From the NCBI GenBank assembly GCA_965645245.1, contig OZ287070.1, positions 434,001 through 498,000 on the forward strand: a stretch of 64,000 nucleotides of DNA, written 5' to 3'. Positions within the stretch are counted from its first letter, which is position 1, and the number at the start of each line of letters is the position of its first letter. This DNA comes from Massalongia carnosa. Its lineage: Eukaryota. This document shows positions 63,795 to 64,000 of the stretch, piece after piece. Position numbers and translations under genes: made by a program. The notes below the pieces were generated by a model, which ran no database searches, was not told the origin of the DNA, and saw only the letters and a list, made by a program, of their open reading frames with translations.

Positions 63795-64000
63795 TCATCT
63801 CCTGCGGAACTCGGCGCGTCGACTGGTACGGGTTTCGGGTTCGGAGTCGCTGTCGGATTCCTCGGTGCTCGAACAGCCGGATGAGCTATCGTCGCTGTAC
63901 CCACATCGGCTTCCGCCGCAGTCAAGCTTAACGCGGTCGCCCTTGCGCGTGACGCCGTAGCGGTTGCATCGGCAGGATCCAACGCTGGAGGGGTCGCTGA
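63795..64000 (-). CDS. 3' end of a hypothetical protein entering from beyond the window
   Basis: ATG-less open frame not in the ORF track: SDPSSVGSCRCNRYGVTRKGDRVKLDCGGSRCGYSDDSSSGCSSTEESDSD...RRR*. Confidence 0.55.
   Translation of the reverse strand, partial: SDPSSVGSCRCNRYGVTRKGDRVKLDCGGSRCGYSDDSSSGCSSTEESDSDSEPETRTSRRAEFRRR

Noticed and set aside
1..64000. tRNA, rRNA or snRNA genes
   Set aside because: None recognised by eye; tRNAscan-SE and Infernal would be needed to exclude them

Overview
This is eukaryotic DNA from a filamentous ascomycete (Pezizomycotina), with short GT-AG introns and CTRAY branch sites; the species cannot be identified from the window. Conserved genes are SLX4, CGI121, a Zn2Cys6 transcription factor, an M28 glutamate carboxypeptidase, RPL34, intein-free PRP8 and COX4. 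They flank two accessory blocks. Block 1 (~7-23 kb) holds a piggyBac with non-TTAA flanks, apparently inserted into an internally deleted AcademH-like element (DUF6589-type transposase plus a convergent RecQ-like helicase). It also holds a DUF6601 gene and an intact ~2400-aa NLR-like gene (SesB-type hydrolase, NACHT, ankyrins) with a Cys at the hydrolase nucleophile position, degenerate Walker A/B motifs and a long P/Q/S/Y repeat tail. Block 2 (~33.5-51 kb) holds an intact Tigger/CENP-B-like pogo element nested in a dead Fot1-like element, and a Crypton-type tyrosine-recombinase element with a DD34E Tc1 element just upstream of its gene, probably inside its ends. It also holds an APH-like kinase and gene relics. 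The Fot1 copy shows a consistent GG>GA (CpC>TpC) mutation pattern unlike canonical CpA RIP. All family calls come from motif recognition by eye; no searches were run.
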